From contig CAZTZB010000004.1 of the NCBI GenBank assembly GCA_964617505.1, forward strand, positions 1-52,178: a DNA stretch of 52,178 nucleotides. Direction: 5' to 3'. The translations under genes and the position numbers were made by a program. Shown here one piece after another: positions 1-10,533 of the stretch. This DNA is from an uncultured Peptostreptococcaceae bacterium. Its GTDB lineage: Bacteria > Bacillota > Clostridia > Peptostreptococcales > BM714. The notes beneath the pieces are model-generated. The model was not told the origin of the DNA. It worked only from the letters and a program-made list of their open reading frames with translations, and searched no databases. The first letter of the stretch is position 1; every line of letters begins with the position of its first letter.

Positions 1-59
1 CCCCTGTCATGTCCGTCAAGACCGGGTTTTGCAACTAATACTCTAATGGTTCTTTCCAT
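1..59 (-). CDS. Cobalamin-binding small subunit of methylmalonyl-CoA mutase (5' part only; runs off window edge)
   Basis: Not in the ORF track. Manual translation from ATG at 59 gives MERTIRVLVAKPGLDGHDRG, containing the DxHxxG B12 base-off motif. RBS-like GGGAGG upstream; lies directly downstream of the mutase large subunit. Confidence 0.9.
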   Translation of the reverse strand, partial: MERTIRVLVAKPGLDGHDR

Positions 60-79
60 TTCAATCGTCCTCCCGTTTC

Positions 80-1756
80 CTATATTCGAACCGACTGTTG
101 ATATTCACCGAAAACTTCTCTCATTACCCCGCAAATTTCTCCCAGCGTAGCATAAGCTTTTACCGCATCCAATATTAAAGGCATTACATTGTCATCACAT
201 TCACAAGCTTTCCTTAATAATTCAAGCTTGATCTTAACATCTTCACTATTCCTTTGGGCTTTAAGCTCTTGCAATTTTTTCTTTTGCCCTTCACCTACCG
301 ACATGTCAACTCTAAGCAAGCCCTTAGGCGGTTCTTCTTCTATTACGAATTCGTTCATGCCAACCACTATTGCTTTCTTCTTCTCAATGTCTTTTTGACA
401 TCTGTAAGCAGCATCCATTATTTCTTGTTGAATATATCCATTATCGATTGCTTTGGGCGCTCCCCCAAGTTCATCGATTTTTTTGATATAGGCATATGCT
501 TGATCTTCGATATCTTTTGTTTTGCTTTCTATGAAATATGATCCCGCAAGCGGGTCAATCGTATTCGTAACACCACTTTCATGAGCCACTATCTGTTGAG
601 TTCTAAGAGCTATCCTTACAGAAGCTTCAGTCGGAAGTGCAAGGGCTTCATCTCTAGAATTTGTATGCAGTGATTGAGTGCCTCCAAGAACCGCAGCCAG
701 TGTTTGAATTGCTACACGCACGATATTGTTGTCAGGCTGTTGAGCTGTAAGTGTAGAACCTGCTGTTTGCGTGTGGAATTTAAGCATCATTGATTTTGGA
801 TCCTTAGCATGGAACCTTTCCTTCATTATCCTTGCCCAAAGCCTCCTAGCAGCTCTGAATTTAGAAACCTCCTCAAGCAAATCATTGTGTGCATTAAAGA
901 AAAATGAAAGCCTGGGAGCAAATGTATCCACATCAAGACCCGCTGCTATAGCCGCCTCAACATATGCAATTCCGTCTGCCAATGTAAAACCAACTTCTTG
1001 TGCCGCTGTTGATCCAGCTTCTCTTATATGATATCCCGAAATACTTATTGTATTCCATTGGGGAACATTCTCAGAACAATATTCAAATATATTTGTTATA
1101 AGCCTCATGGATGGTTCTGTAGGGAATATATATGTACCTCTTGCAATATACTCCTTTAGAATATCGTTTTGAATTGTTCCTCTAAGCTTATCCATCGAAA
1201 CGCCTTGCTTCTCTGCAACGGCAATATACATGGCAAGCAATACAGCTGCCGGCGCGTTGATGGTCATGGATGTACTAACCTTGTCAAGCGGTATTCCACC
1301 AAACAATATTTCCATGTCCTTTAACGAATCTATTGCAACACCTACTTTTCCAACCTCTCCTTCGGAGAGTGAATGGTCGGAGTCGTATCCAATTTGGGTT
1401 GGAAGGTCAAAGGCAACCGAAAGACCGCTTCCTCCCTGGGCAAGTAACATCTTGTATCTTTCATTTGACTCTTCTGCTGTTGCAAAACCAGCATACATCC
1501 TCATTGTCCACAAACGGCCTCTATACATGGTCGGTTGGACACCTCGGGTATACGGATACTGTCCCGGAAAACCTATCTCTTCCATGAAATCGATATTTTC
1601 CATATCCGCCGGCGAATATAGTCTTTCTACTTCATCACCCGAAGCAGATATGAAATTTTCTTTACGCTCAGGACGTTTCTTAATTGCCTTTTGAGTTGAT
1701 TCTTCAAAAGACTTCGCCCCGTTTTTAATGTCATCAAGCTTATCCCTGTCGAACAT
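80..1756 (-). CDS. Methylmalonyl-CoA mutase, substrate-binding (large) subunit
   Basis: Motifs [18 protein letters not shown] (Tyr89-equivalent kept), [28 protein letters not shown] (Arg207-equivalent kept), [11 protein letters not shown]. No C-terminal B12 domain, so the enzyme is split. Confidence 0.93.
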   Translation of the reverse strand: MFDRDKLDDIKNGAKSFEESTQKAIKKRPERKENFISASGDEVERLYSPADMENIDFMEEIGFPGQYPYTRGVQPTMYRGRLWTMRMYAGFATAEESNERYKMLLAQGGSGLSVAFDLPTQIGYDSDHSLSEGEVGKVGVAIDSLKDMEILFGGIPLDKVSTSMTINAPAAVLLAMYIAVAEKQGVSMDKLRGTIQNDILKEYIARGTYIFPTEPSMRLITNIFEYCSENVPQWNTISISGYHIREAGSTAAQEVGFTLADGIAYVEAAIAAGLDVDTFAPRLSFFFNAHNDLLEEVSKFRAARRLWARIMKERFHAKDPKSMMLKFHTQTAGSTLTAQQPDNNIVRVAIQTLAAVLGGTQSLHTNSRDEALALPTEASVRIALRTQQIVAHESGVTNTIDPLAGSYFIESKTKDIEDQAYAYIKKIDELGGAPKAIDNGYIQQEIMDAAYRCQKDIEKKKAIVVGMNEFVIEEEPPKGLLRVDMSVGEGQKKKLQELKAQRNSEDVKIKLELLRKACECDDNVMPLILDAVKAYATLGEICGVMREVFGEYQQSVRI

Positions 1757-1873
1757 GATGTTCCTCCTTTAGATTTTAAGGCTATGTGTTTTTATTCCCG
1801 AAAAAACCTATGGGTATCGCCTATAATATATCATAAATACAACAATTTTTTTTATCTTGCTCTAAAAATATAC

Positions 1874-1942
1874 TTGTATACATACTTATTTTGAAAGATT
1901 TAATTCAAAATGCCATGTGTATAATTTAACAATTGTATACGA
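1874..1942. promoter_or_regulatory. Two TTGTATAC sites upstream of the mutase operon (candidate GntR/FadR-type operators)
   Basis: TTGTATACAT at 1874-1883 and TTGTATACGA at 1933-1942, with a palindromic GTATAC core, in an AT-rich intergenic region. Confidence 0.4.
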
Positions 1943-2260
1943 TTTGGTAATTGCCTGAAATCCTTGCAGTCACAGTCATTTTACCTCTATACCATTAATG
2001 CTTGCACTATCAATTTTATTCTATATGAGTATATAATCTTTTACAAATAGTTACAATCATCATTTTAATTCAAAATTTTGCATAATATATTTCATTTTTC
2101 CTTCAAACTGTGCAAAGAAATTCCGCAGTTTGAAATGCTTTGAAATTTCAAATCAAATCGCATCAGCACTGCAAACACAATATATAATTTTCTTCAATAC
2201 AACAAACCATTCTCAACTTGCTTCGCCGTTTTAATTCCATACTCCTTTTGAAAGCCGTTA

Positions 2261-3676
2261 TTAATATGTAAAAGCATTAAGCATAAGAGTAAAAATCACC
2301 ATGCCAATTAGAGCAAATGGATATGTGGCTCCATAACCTGCCGCAGGATCATTGCTTTTTGTTGCATCTATCGCAGCGCCAAGCCCCGGTGTAGATGTCA
2401 TCCCTCCACAAATAGCGCCAGAAAGCATAATCCAATTGATATTAAATACGTATCTCCCTGTTAAATAGCCCACTAGCATGGACCCCGTTCCGACAGCCAA
2501 GGCAGCCAATGCCAACGCAATGCCTGATTCTCCAAGTGCAGCATAAACGGCATAACCATTTCTTAGTCCTACAATCGAAAGAAAAAACGCTAGCGACAAC
2601 TGTCTAAGTACACCTAACACAAGGCTATCCATCCTAAAATTGAAAGGTCCAATTTTACCTATATGTCCCAAAATCAATGCCCCAATCAGAACGCCTCCAG
2701 TGGATCCCAATGTGAATACACCGAGCTCACCCAACGGAACCCCAATTTTGCCAAGGCTGTATCCTACGAAACACACCAACGCAAAGGCTGGCAAATCAAA
2801 TACATTTGACTCAATTTGTCTTTCAGACACATTTTTTTTCATTTTAAACATTTCATCTTTAAATATGCGCTTTTCCTCGTCAATATCTATCTTGAAAACT
2901 ACAGGTATAAAATTCATTGCAAGAATTACTACTAGAACCCCAAAAGGATAAGCTATAGCATTCCCAACACCCACACCGGACTCGGCCATTTCTATAAGCC
3001 TTGCCTTTTGCTTTGTTGATAGCTCCCTTGTATTTTGAGGAGTCAAATTACCAGACGAATCCAATCTATGCAATATGCTTTTTTTATCTTCATCATTCAT
3101 TCTTGTATAATTTTCAGCTTCTCTCGTAGACTTATCTTCAGCCATCTCAATCGCGGCCGCAAAACCCGGCGAGCTTGTCAAAGCTCCTGTATAAAGTCCC
3201 GTCATTTCGTATGTATCGCCTACATCTCCTAAAACCATAACTCCAAATGTAAGCAGCCCGCCAGTAAAAGTAACAATTATTCCAATGGCAATAAATTTCA
3301 AGCCGTATTTTTTAATGACTAGTCCCATATCTTTTGAAGCAAGAAGCCCAACAGATGCGACAAACAAAATTAAAAAAAGCTGAAAAAAATCCTTGCTGAC
3401 CACTCCGGAAGAAATCACACTCTGGCCAAGAGTATAAGCAGCATCGGTTTTTGAAAGACCACGAGCAAATTCATATGCGTATTTCCCAATTATCAATCCG
3501 CTAAAAAGCGCTCCCGACACTCCAAATTTGAACTTCCCTAATGTTATACTTCCAAGTAAAAGTCCAAACAATGTCGATGCAAAAATCAAAACAAATGGAT
3601 TCAATAACCAAGAATGATAATCAAATAGCAAATTAACCACCCCATAATTTCCATCATTTCCAAACTCTTTTATCAA
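2261..3676 (-). CDS. AAE (AspT/YidE/YbjL) family transporter lacking TrkA_C domains
   Basis: Duplicated membrane domain with GLYTGALTSSPG and GAICGGMTSTPGLGAA, ending GYGATYPFALIG. The true start is probably the TTG near 3628 behind a GGGGTG RBS. Confidence 0.8.
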   Translation of the reverse strand: MIKEFGNDGNYGVVNLLFDYHSWLLNPFVLIFASTLFGLLLGSITLGKFKFGVSGALFSGLIIGKYAYEFARGLSKTDAAYTLGQSVISSGVVSKDFFQLFLILFVASVGLLASKDMGLVIKKYGLKFIAIGIIVTFTGGLLTFGVMVLGDVGDTYEMTGLYTGALTSSPGFAAAIEMAEDKSTREAENYTRMNDEDKKSILHRLDSSGNLTPQNTRELSTKQKARLIEMAESGVGVGNAIAYPFGVLVVILAMNFIPVVFKIDIDEEKRIFKDEMFKMKKNVSERQIESNVFDLPAFALVCFVGYSLGKIGVPLGELGVFTLGSTGGVLIGALILGHIGKIGPFNFRMDSLVLGVLRQLSLAFFLSIVGLRNGYAVYAALGESGIALALAALAVGTGSMLVGYLTGRYVFNINWIMLSGAICGGMTSTPGLGAAIDATKSNDPAAGYGATYPFALIGMVIFTLMLNAFTY

Positions 3677-3715
3677 AAAATAAATGGCACAAAATATGTA
3701 TTTTTATGCCATTTA
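3675..3715 (-). terminator. Intrinsic terminator-like hairpin after the thioesterase gene
   Basis: TAAATGGCA...TGCCATTTA stem followed by a T-run on the minus strand. Confidence 0.55.
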
Positions 3716-3723
3716 GACTTTTT

Positions 3724-4125
3724 TCATTTAGAACAAGCTTTTTCTTCGGTCATCTTTAGGAATTTTTCCTTGTTTATAATAAATCTGCTGTGAAATCCTT
3801 CTCCTATTTTTTCTTTTTCGTCAAAAGCCTCTACCTTGAAAACAAGTTTTTTTCTGTCCATATCTATAAGTTCCGCATTAGCAACAACTTTCATTCCCAC
3901 GGGCGTTGCCGCTAAGTGCTTAATATCCAAGTGGGTACCTACAGTCGCATATCCCTCTGGCAAAAATGGATCTACTGCATTAAGTGATGTGTTCTCTAAA
4001 AGGCCTACCATTGCAGGTGTAGCATATACACTTACTCCCCCGCTTCCATAGCTTGCAGCGGTCTGATTCTCGTCTACTATGATTTCCATGCTAGCTTTCA
4101 TACCTATTTTTAGATTAAAGTCCAT
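3724..4125 (-). CDS. Hot-dog fold thioesterase, FlK (fluoroacetyl-CoA thioesterase)-like
   Basis: GSGGVSVYATPAMVGLLEN, TVGTHLDIKHLAATPVG and GEGFHSRFII. Start reassigned to ATG 4125 (MDFNLKIG) behind a GGAGG RBS. Confidence 0.85.
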   Translation of the reverse strand: MDFNLKIGMKASMEIIVDENQTAASYGSGGVSVYATPAMVGLLENTSLNAVDPFLPEGYATVGTHLDIKHLAATPVGMKVVANAELIDMDRKKLVFKVEAFDEKEKIGEGFHSRFIINKEKFLKMTEEKACSK

Positions 4126-4149
4126 AAAAACCTCCTTTTTATTCTTATT

Positions 4150-4180
4150 AAAAACAACTCCGGCATAAGACTCATGCCGG
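4150..4180 (-). terminator. Hairpin after ftsH
   Basis: CCGGCAT-N7-ATGCCGG followed by a T-rich tract on the minus strand. Confidence 0.55.
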
Positions 4181-4189
4181 AGACGGTTT

Positions 4190-6232
4190 CTAGGATTCTT
4201 CACCGGATACTTTTTCTAGTTCTTCTTGTTCTTCCGATTCCGATAGTTTTTCTTCTTGGTTTATATTTTCCATTGCTTCTGGGCTAACTTCTGGATCTTT
4301 TATGATTTCAGCGATTTTTTCTTTTTCATTTTCATCGCCGTACAATTCCATAAATTCCTTTCTTCTCTCATCTTCGATTTCTTTGACTGCTTCTTCTGGG
4401 TTAGCAATGAATTTATCAAAATCATTTCGGAAAATATACTCAAATTCTTCCGAATTGATTGTCTCTCTTTCAAGAAGCGCATTAGCAATCTGGTGCAACT
4501 TATCCACATTTTCCTGGAGCAGCTTCATTGCCTGGTCATAGGATTCATCCATGATTCTACGAATTTCCTTGTCTATCTCATAGGCGACCTCTTCGGAATA
4601 ATTCTTCATCGTTGTCAAATCCCTGCCAAGGAACACTTCGTCGCCATTTCCGTAGGTCATTGTCCCTAGCTTTTCACTCATTCCGTAATGAGTAACCATT
4701 GCCCGGGAAATCTCGGTAGCGCGTTTTAAATCATTCTGCGCTCCGGTGCTTATGTCATGCAGAATCAAAGATTCTGCCACACGACCACCCAAAAGTATAA
4801 TCAATCTCTTTTCCATTTCAGACTTAGTGGCATAGTACTTATCTTCCTTGGGCAATTGCATTGTAAAACCGCCAGCTCTACCCCTTGGAATTATTGTAAC
4901 CTGATGAACTGTATCAGTGTCAGGAAGCAATCTGGCCAAAACTGCATGCCCACCCTCGTGGTATGCTGTAAGTCTTTTTTCCTTGTCGCTTATTACCCTG
5001 CTTCTTTTTTCCGGTCCAGCTATAACCTTCGTGATGGCTTCCTCTATAGTAATCATTTTAATGGTCTTTCCGTCTACTCTTGCAGATAGCAAGGCCGCCT
5101 CGTTTAAAAGGTTTTCCAGATCAGCAGGCGTAAATCCCGGTGTTCTCCTTGCAAGCACTTTAAGATTTACATCCTCATCGAGAGGCTTGTTCTTAGAGTG
5201 AATCTTGAGTATGGCCTCGCGGCCCTTGATATCTGGTATTCCTACGCTTACCTGTCTGTCAAATCTTCCAGGCCTAAGCAAGGCCGTGTCAAGTATGTCC
5301 GGTCTGTTCGTGGCTGCAATGATTATGGTTCCATCGTGGTCTCCGAATCCGTCCATCTCTACGAGGAGTTGATTTAGGGTTTGTTCCCTTTCATCATGTC
5401 CCCCACCCAAACCGGCGCCTCTTTTTCTTCCGACTGCATCTATTTCATCTATGAAAACAATGCATGGAGAACTCTTCTTGGCCTGCTCGAAAAGGTCTCT
5501 TACTCTCGAAGCTCCCACTCCTACAAACATTTCAACAAAATCCGAACCACTGATGCTAAAAAACGGCACTCCCGCTTCTCCTGCAACAGCTCTCGTCAGG
5601 TAAGTTTTTCCCGTTCCCGGAGGACCCACCATAAGTACGCCCCTTGGAATACGCGCACCCAATTCAATATATTTTTTCGGATTCTTCAGGAAGTCAACTA
5701 TTTCCTTAAGTTCTTCCTTTTCCTCATCAAGACCGGCTACATCGGCGAAACTAATTTGTTTCCTGTCATCTTCCTTGTGAAGTTTGGCTTTGCTTTTCCC
5801 GAAGGACATAACCTTTCCGCCGCCGCCTTGAGACTGGTTCATGAATACAAACCAGAACACTACGAAAATCAGAACCATGAATATCGATGGAAGAATATCT
5901 ATAAACCATGGTGTCTGAACGGGAGGTTCTCCTGTCAACTTGATCTGTCCGGTTTCCAATCCCGGAAGAATGTATCTTGCAACGAACGAATCCGTAGCAA
6001 TCACTTTGGGAATATAGGCGGCGAATGTTGAACCATCGCTCTTAAGAACGCCTATGATTTGGTTTTCATTGAAATTTATTTCCTGGACATTGTCGTTTGT
6101 AAGTTCACTTATCAAGCCAGACATATCCAAGGTTTTTTGCTCCTGCGGCGCTCTTCCGTAAAACTGTACAATCATAATTATTATGATGAACACTAGTATA
6201 TAGAAGCTTGCACCTTTAAAATACTTTCTCAA
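4190..6232 (-). CDS. ftsH: ATP-dependent zinc metalloprotease FtsH
   Basis: Two TM segments, Walker [21 protein letters not shown] motif ([16 protein letters not shown]), HEGGH zinc motif, long acidic tail. Confidence 0.98.
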   Translation of the reverse strand: MRKYFKGASFYILVFIIIIMIVQFYGRAPQEQKTLDMSGLISELTNDNVQEINFNENQIIGVLKSDGSTFAAYIPKVIATDSFVARYILPGLETGQIKLTGEPPVQTPWFIDILPSIFMVLIFVVFWFVFMNQSQGGGGKVMSFGKSKAKLHKEDDRKQISFADVAGLDEEKEELKEIVDFLKNPKKYIELGARIPRGVLMVGPPGTGKTYLTRAVAGEAGVPFFSISGSDFVEMFVGVGASRVRDLFEQAKKSSPCIVFIDEIDAVGRKRGAGLGGGHDEREQTLNQLLVEMDGFGDHDGTIIIAATNRPDILDTALLRPGRFDRQVSVGIPDIKGREAILKIHSKNKPLDEDVNLKVLARRTPGFTPADLENLLNEAALLSARVDGKTIKMITIEEAITKVIAGPEKRSRVISDKEKRLTAYHEGGHAVLARLLPDTDTVHQVTIIPRGRAGGFTMQLPKEDKYYATKSEMEKRLIILLGGRVAESLILHDISTGAQNDLKRATEISRAMVTHYGMSEKLGTMTYGNGDEVFLGRDLTTMKNYSEEVAYEIDKEIRRIMDESYDQAMKLLQENVDKLHQIANALLERETINSEEFEYIFRNDFDKFIANPEEAVKEIEDERRKEFMELYGDENEKEKIAEIIKDPEVSPEAMENINQEEKLSESEEQEELEKVSGEES

Positions 6233-6286
6233 AAATATACCCCCTTCAACTGCATTAAAACTTGCGTCTTTTCATTCTAACACATT

Positions 6287-7699
6287 TCATTTTTCATAAC
6301 AAGCTTGCAGAATCGTTATTTTAAGCATGTTTTTAGTGCCTGCATCAGTCTTGTAAAGTTCACTCATTCGATGTCCTGCAACCCAAATGATTTCATTTTC
6401 GTCGCAAATAAGCAACACCCCATCACGCTTTACTTTTTCAACTTTTTCGTCAATCAGAAAATCCTTTAGTTTTTTTGTTCCCTTCATCCCCAGGGGAGAA
6501 AACCGATCTCCAATCCTCCTGTTTCTTACACTGAGTGATGCACTTTCAACCTTGCCTGCATCAATGAAAACAGTCCAAGCGTCTGTTCGCAGTTTAAACT
6601 CTTTCGAAAAAGGTATCAATTCCATTTCAATCAGATTTCCTGTTTCTTCAATGCAAAGTTTTTCCCCTATCTTGAGTGCATATTCAAATTCCGCCGTTAC
6701 TTGCCTTCTCTCCTTTACAGAAACAGAAATTAGCTTTCCTTGTATAGTAACATCAATTGATCCAGGAAATTCAATTGTCTTTTTTATCGAAGCCATTTCG
6801 ATTGCATTTATCGCCGATAACACGCGTTCACCTGTTATGTTTATCATATTACCCTTAACAATTTTAATGGCTCGCCTCAATATTCTAGTTTTTACGGCAA
6901 TGTGCTCTCGATTGAAATCTTCCCTCGCAATTGAAACCCTTCCACATTCGGAAACTTCAGCCATTTCATCAAATGCCTTTGCCGCAACTTTTTCGATAAA
7001 GTCACTGTCATTTCTTATCATATCCCCCATACGGTAAAGCGAATCTATTATTTTATTGTTGAAATTGGCCTCAATGTAGGGTAAAAGCTCAAGCCTTATT
7101 TTATTCCTTGTGTATACCGGTTCAAGGTTGGTAAGGTCTGTGCGCGGATTCAATTCATTTTCCGCACAATAATGCTCTATCTCTAAGCGTTTAAAAATCA
7201 ATATGGGCCGAATAAACAGTTTATCCCGTTTATGCTCTATTCCTGCAAGACCCTTAAGACCTGTACCCCTCATGATGCGCATCAATATAGTTTCCGCCTG
7301 ATCGTTCTGGTTTTGACCAAGAGCTATGCATCTGCTATTGTTATCTTTTGCTACCGACCTAAAAAGGTCATACCTTATTCTTCTCCCGGCTTCTTCGATG
7401 GACATTTTCCATTTTACAGCCATACCGGATACATCCCTTTCAACGGAAACGTATTCCAGCCCGTTTTGTCTGCAAAACTCAGAAACGAATAATGCGTCTC
7501 TTGCAGAATCTTCTCCTCTTAGCATATGGTTAATATGCACAGGTATCAGTATTAAGTCCCATTCTTCCCTGAGTCTTAAGAAGAGCGAAAGCATACAAAT
7601 GGAATCCGGTCCTCCTGAAATGCCCAGAACAACCGTATCCCCTTTTTTTAGCAATTCTTTTTCAACTATGTTTTTCTTAAATCTTTCAAACATTGCCAT
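6287..7699 (-). CDS. tilS: tRNA(Ile)-lysidine synthetase
   Basis: PP-loop SGGPDS, RRIRY, NQNDQAETILMRIMRGTGLKGL, YTRNKIR, C-terminal KKLKDFLID..IIWVAG. Confidence 0.96.
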   Translation of the reverse strand: MAMFERFKKNIVEKELLKKGDTVVLGISGGPDSICMLSLFLRLREEWDLILIPVHINHMLRGEDSARDALFVSEFCRQNGLEYVSVERDVSGMAVKWKMSIEEAGRRIRYDLFRSVAKDNNSRCIALGQNQNDQAETILMRIMRGTGLKGLAGIEHKRDKLFIRPILIFKRLEIEHYCAENELNPRTDLTNLEPVYTRNKIRLELLPYIEANFNNKIIDSLYRMGDMIRNDSDFIEKVAAKAFDEMAEVSECGRVSIAREDFNREHIAVKTRILRRAIKIVKGNMINITGERVLSAINAIEMASIKKTIEFPGSIDVTIQGKLISVSVKERRQVTAEFEYALKIGEKLCIEETGNLIEMELIPFSKEFKLRTDAWTVFIDAGKVESASLSVRNRRIGDRFSPLGMKGTKKLKDFLIDEKVEKVKRDGVLLICDENEIIWVAGHRMSELYKTDAGTKNMLKITILQACYEK

Positions 7700-7702
7700 T
7701 TT

Positions 7703-9052
7703 CTATTCTCCTGAAATATCCAGCTTCCCAATCAAAATGCTTGGCGATCCAAAATGTCCCGATCCAGGCATTATAAATTTAAGATCGCTGCATATAGTTT
7801 CTATATCCATAAGCATCTCAAAAAAATTGCCGGCAATCGTTATTTGATGAACAGCATCAGTTTTTTTGCCTTCGCAAACGACAAACCCCGTCGCGGAAAG
7901 TGAAAAATCTCCCGAAACAGCATTCAGACCCGCATGGAGTCCCTGAACATCAGTAATATACAAACCTTCTACCATTTCATCAATGACTTCATCCAAAGAA
8001 ACGGATCCCGGACTTATGAAAAAATTAGTGGGTGCTATGGAAACAGGAGATTTGTATGAAGCCTTGTAAGCGTTGCCGGTTGACAAAACGCCTTCCTTGC
8101 CTCCTGTTTTTTTATTATGCAAAAAGGTTTTAAGTACCCCGTATTCTACCACATTCTTCCTTAATGTGCATGTACCTTCGTCGTCAAATTTTCTCGAACC
8201 TGCTTTATTGCATAGAAACGGATCGTCTATTATCGCGAGATTTTTGACACCTATGGACTCTCCAATTTTTCCTTTTAAAAGCGAAAGGTTCCTCTGGACA
8301 TTTTCACCTGAAAAAACCGAGGAAAAAGCCTGAAGCAAACTAGCTGAAACCTCGTTTGACAAAAGCGTTTTCATTGACTTTGAAGCAATACTTTTGGCCC
8401 CGAGCTGCTCTATTGCCTTTCCCGCAGCCTCTTCGGCCAAAGACAAGGCATCAAAGTCATTGAATCTATTAGAAACCATATATGCGCTACCCGTTTTTAC
8501 TGTCTCGCCTTCTCGCGCAACAGTTGAGATATATGCGAATGCAATATTTTTTTCCTCATATAGATCTAAGCCCTTGGAGTTCTTTATCATCCGACCGTCT
8601 AAGCTTTCTCCAAACATGCAATAGTCAACTGCCTCTATCCTCTTGTCTACCAAAAATGCATTCTTCTCCATTTCCAGCGCAAGATCTATTTTCTCTTTTT
8701 CCGAAACCTCTTCAAGGTCCGGATTCTTAAGCTCCAATGATTTGCAATTCTTATTGTCAAAATGTATTTCCTCTTTTTCCGATGCTTCCATTATTTCAGC
8801 GTTTTCCATCAAAGCAGCAACTAATTCCTCCGCGTTCAATTCATTCAATTTTTCAGTATAAATATAGCCCATTGATTTTTTGTAAATACCTCTTACCGAA
8901 AGGCCACTATTTTCTTCAATGCTTAAATGTTCAACTTTCCCATCCGATACCCTAACATTAAAGGATTTGGAATCTCCAAAATACACCTCGATATCTTTAA
9001 TATTTTTATCCTTAGCCAATTCAAAGAGGGCTTCCGTCTTTATTTTTTTCAT
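7703..9052 (-). CDS. TldD/PmbA family protein (PmbA/TldE-like)
   Basis: FDDEG motif, GLHAG/SGDFS C-terminal signature, no HExxxH. Start MKKIKTEAL at 9052. Confidence 0.88.
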   Translation of the reverse strand: MKKIKTEALFELAKDKNIKDIEVYFGDSKSFNVRVSDGKVEHLSIEENSGLSVRGIYKKSMGYIYTEKLNELNAEELVAALMENAEIMEASEKEEIHFDNKNCKSLELKNPDLEEVSEKEKIDLALEMEKNAFLVDKRIEAVDYCMFGESLDGRMIKNSKGLDLYEEKNIAFAYISTVAREGETVKTGSAYMVSNRFNDFDALSLAEEAAGKAIEQLGAKSIASKSMKTLLSNEVSASLLQAFSSVFSGENVQRNLSLLKGKIGESIGVKNLAIIDDPFLCNKAGSRKFDDEGTCTLRKNVVEYGVLKTFLHNKKTGGKEGVLSTGNAYKASYKSPVSIAPTNFFISPGSVSLDEVIDEMVEGLYITDVQGLHAGLNAVSGDFSLSATGFVVCEGKKTDAVHQITIAGNFFEMLMDIETICSDLKFIMPGSGHFGSPSILIGKLDISGE

Positions 9053-9056
9053 ATAG

Positions 9057-10445
9057 CTACCGCTCCTTCCTGCCGCCAACGGTTATTGATTCGACACGCA
9101 AGGCCGGTTGCCCTACATTAACAGGAATGCTTCCGCTTATTGATCCGCACATTCCCTGGTCAAATGCCAAATTATCAGCCACCATATCTATTTTAGTAAG
9201 TATTGAAAGCCCATTTCCAATAAGTGTTGCGCCTCTTACCGGCTTTCCTATTCTCCCGTTTTCGATCAAGTAGCCCTCCATAACCGCAAAATTGAATTCT
9301 CCGCTTGCAGGATTCACAGATCCTCCGCCCATCTTTTTAGCATACAACCCATTATGTGTGTTTTCAATCAGATCTTCAAAACTGCTTTTGCCCGGAGCTA
9401 TATAGGTATTGGTCATTCTAGATGTCGGCGTATATTTATATGACTGGCGCCGCCCTGAGCCGGTTGGAGCCATCCCCATTTTCTTTCCGTTGAGTCTATC
9501 TATCATGTATCCCTTCAGAACTCCATTTTCTATCAAAACGTTCTTTCTAGTTTCTATTCCCTCATCGTCAAGTCTTGCTGAACCCCATTGCCCCGGAATA
9601 CTTCCGTCATCAATTGCAGTCAATACATCCGATGCAATTTTTTCTCCGATTTTACCTGCGAAAACAGATGTCCCCTTGGCAACAGATGTGGCTTCAAGTC
9701 CATGTCCACATGCTTCGTGAAAAATAACCCCTCCGAATCCATTGTCTATTACAACGGGCATTTTTCCGCTTGGAGCAAAATCGGCATGAAGCATTTTAAT
9801 AGCCGTTTCCGAAGCCGATACCGCATAGGCATTAAGATCAATCGTATCGTAGAATTCAAATCCCATTGAGGCCCCCGGTGCTGCGTGACCCGTTTGCATT
9901 TCACCGCCATATTCCGCTACCGTCTGTATTGATGTCCTTGTCCTCACCCTTTCGTCCTCTGCCCATAGACCTTCAGAGTTAGCAACGAGAATCTTTTGAA
10001 CGATATCCATATAATTGATTCTAACCTGTGTTATTTCGTTCGAAAAACCATTTGCCGCTTCATGTGCACTTTTTAGGATGCGTACTTTTTCTATTTTTCC
10101 TATGTCTCCGGGATATTTTAATATCTCCAAGAGATGGCTTCCATCGTATTTTCTAAAATCAAGCAAAACGCCTCTTCCTTTTCCCAAAAGTGCGAAAGAC
10201 GCTTTCCTCGCTACGGTCTTCAAATTTTCTAGAGATGTGTCGTTAGTATATGCATAAACGCTTTCGGTTCCTCTAATTATTCTTATCCCTACTCCATAAT
10301 CCTGACCCGAAACAGTCTTCTCCACAAGACCTCCAACCAATCCTATGGTTTGATTATTTGTCTGTTCTGCAAATATCTCAGAAAAATCAGCTCCATTCGA
10401 TAGAGCCGCATCCAATGTTTCCGCAATCACTCTTTTATCCAGCAT
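9057..10445 (-). CDS. tldD: TldD metalloprotease subunit
   Basis: FHEACGHGLE zinc motif, DDEG, RMTNT, CG..SGSIPV.VGQP. Start MLDKRV at 10445 behind a GGAGG RBS. Confidence 0.93.
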   Translation of the reverse strand: MLDKRVIAETLDAALSNGADFSEIFAEQTNNQTIGLVGGLVEKTVSGQDYGVGIRIIRGTESVYAYTNDTSLENLKTVARKASFALLGKGRGVLLDFRKYDGSHLLEILKYPGDIGKIEKVRILKSAHEAANGFSNEITQVRINYMDIVQKILVANSEGLWAEDERVRTRTSIQTVAEYGGEMQTGHAAPGASMGFEFYDTIDLNAYAVSASETAIKMLHADFAPSGKMPVVIDNGFGGVIFHEACGHGLEATSVAKGTSVFAGKIGEKIASDVLTAIDDGSIPGQWGSARLDDEGIETRKNVLIENGVLKGYMIDRLNGKKMGMAPTGSGRRQSYKYTPTSRMTNTYIAPGKSSFEDLIENTHNGLYAKKMGGGSVNPASGEFNFAVMEGYLIENGRIGKPVRGATLIGNGLSILTKIDMVADNLAFDQGMCGSISGSIPVNVGQPALRVESITVGGRKER

Positions 10446-10533
10446 TTTTTCCTCCTTGGCTAAAATATCAAAAAGCATGAATAGAACCATGCTCCAAATG
10501 GGGAATAATCCGATACTTGTTTTTTTCGCGCAT

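Noticed and set aside
80-1756. Reassignment as isobutyryl-CoA or 2-hydroxyisobutyryl-CoA mutase
   Set aside because: The specificity residues equivalent to Tyr89 and Arg207 are kept ([14 protein letters not shown]); ICM has Phe and HCM has Ile at the Tyr position. Only the neighbouring Q-to-M change is unusual.
1757-2260. Cobalamin riboswitch upstream of the mutase
   Set aside because: No GGGAA...GCCACTG B12-box blocks found on the coding strand.
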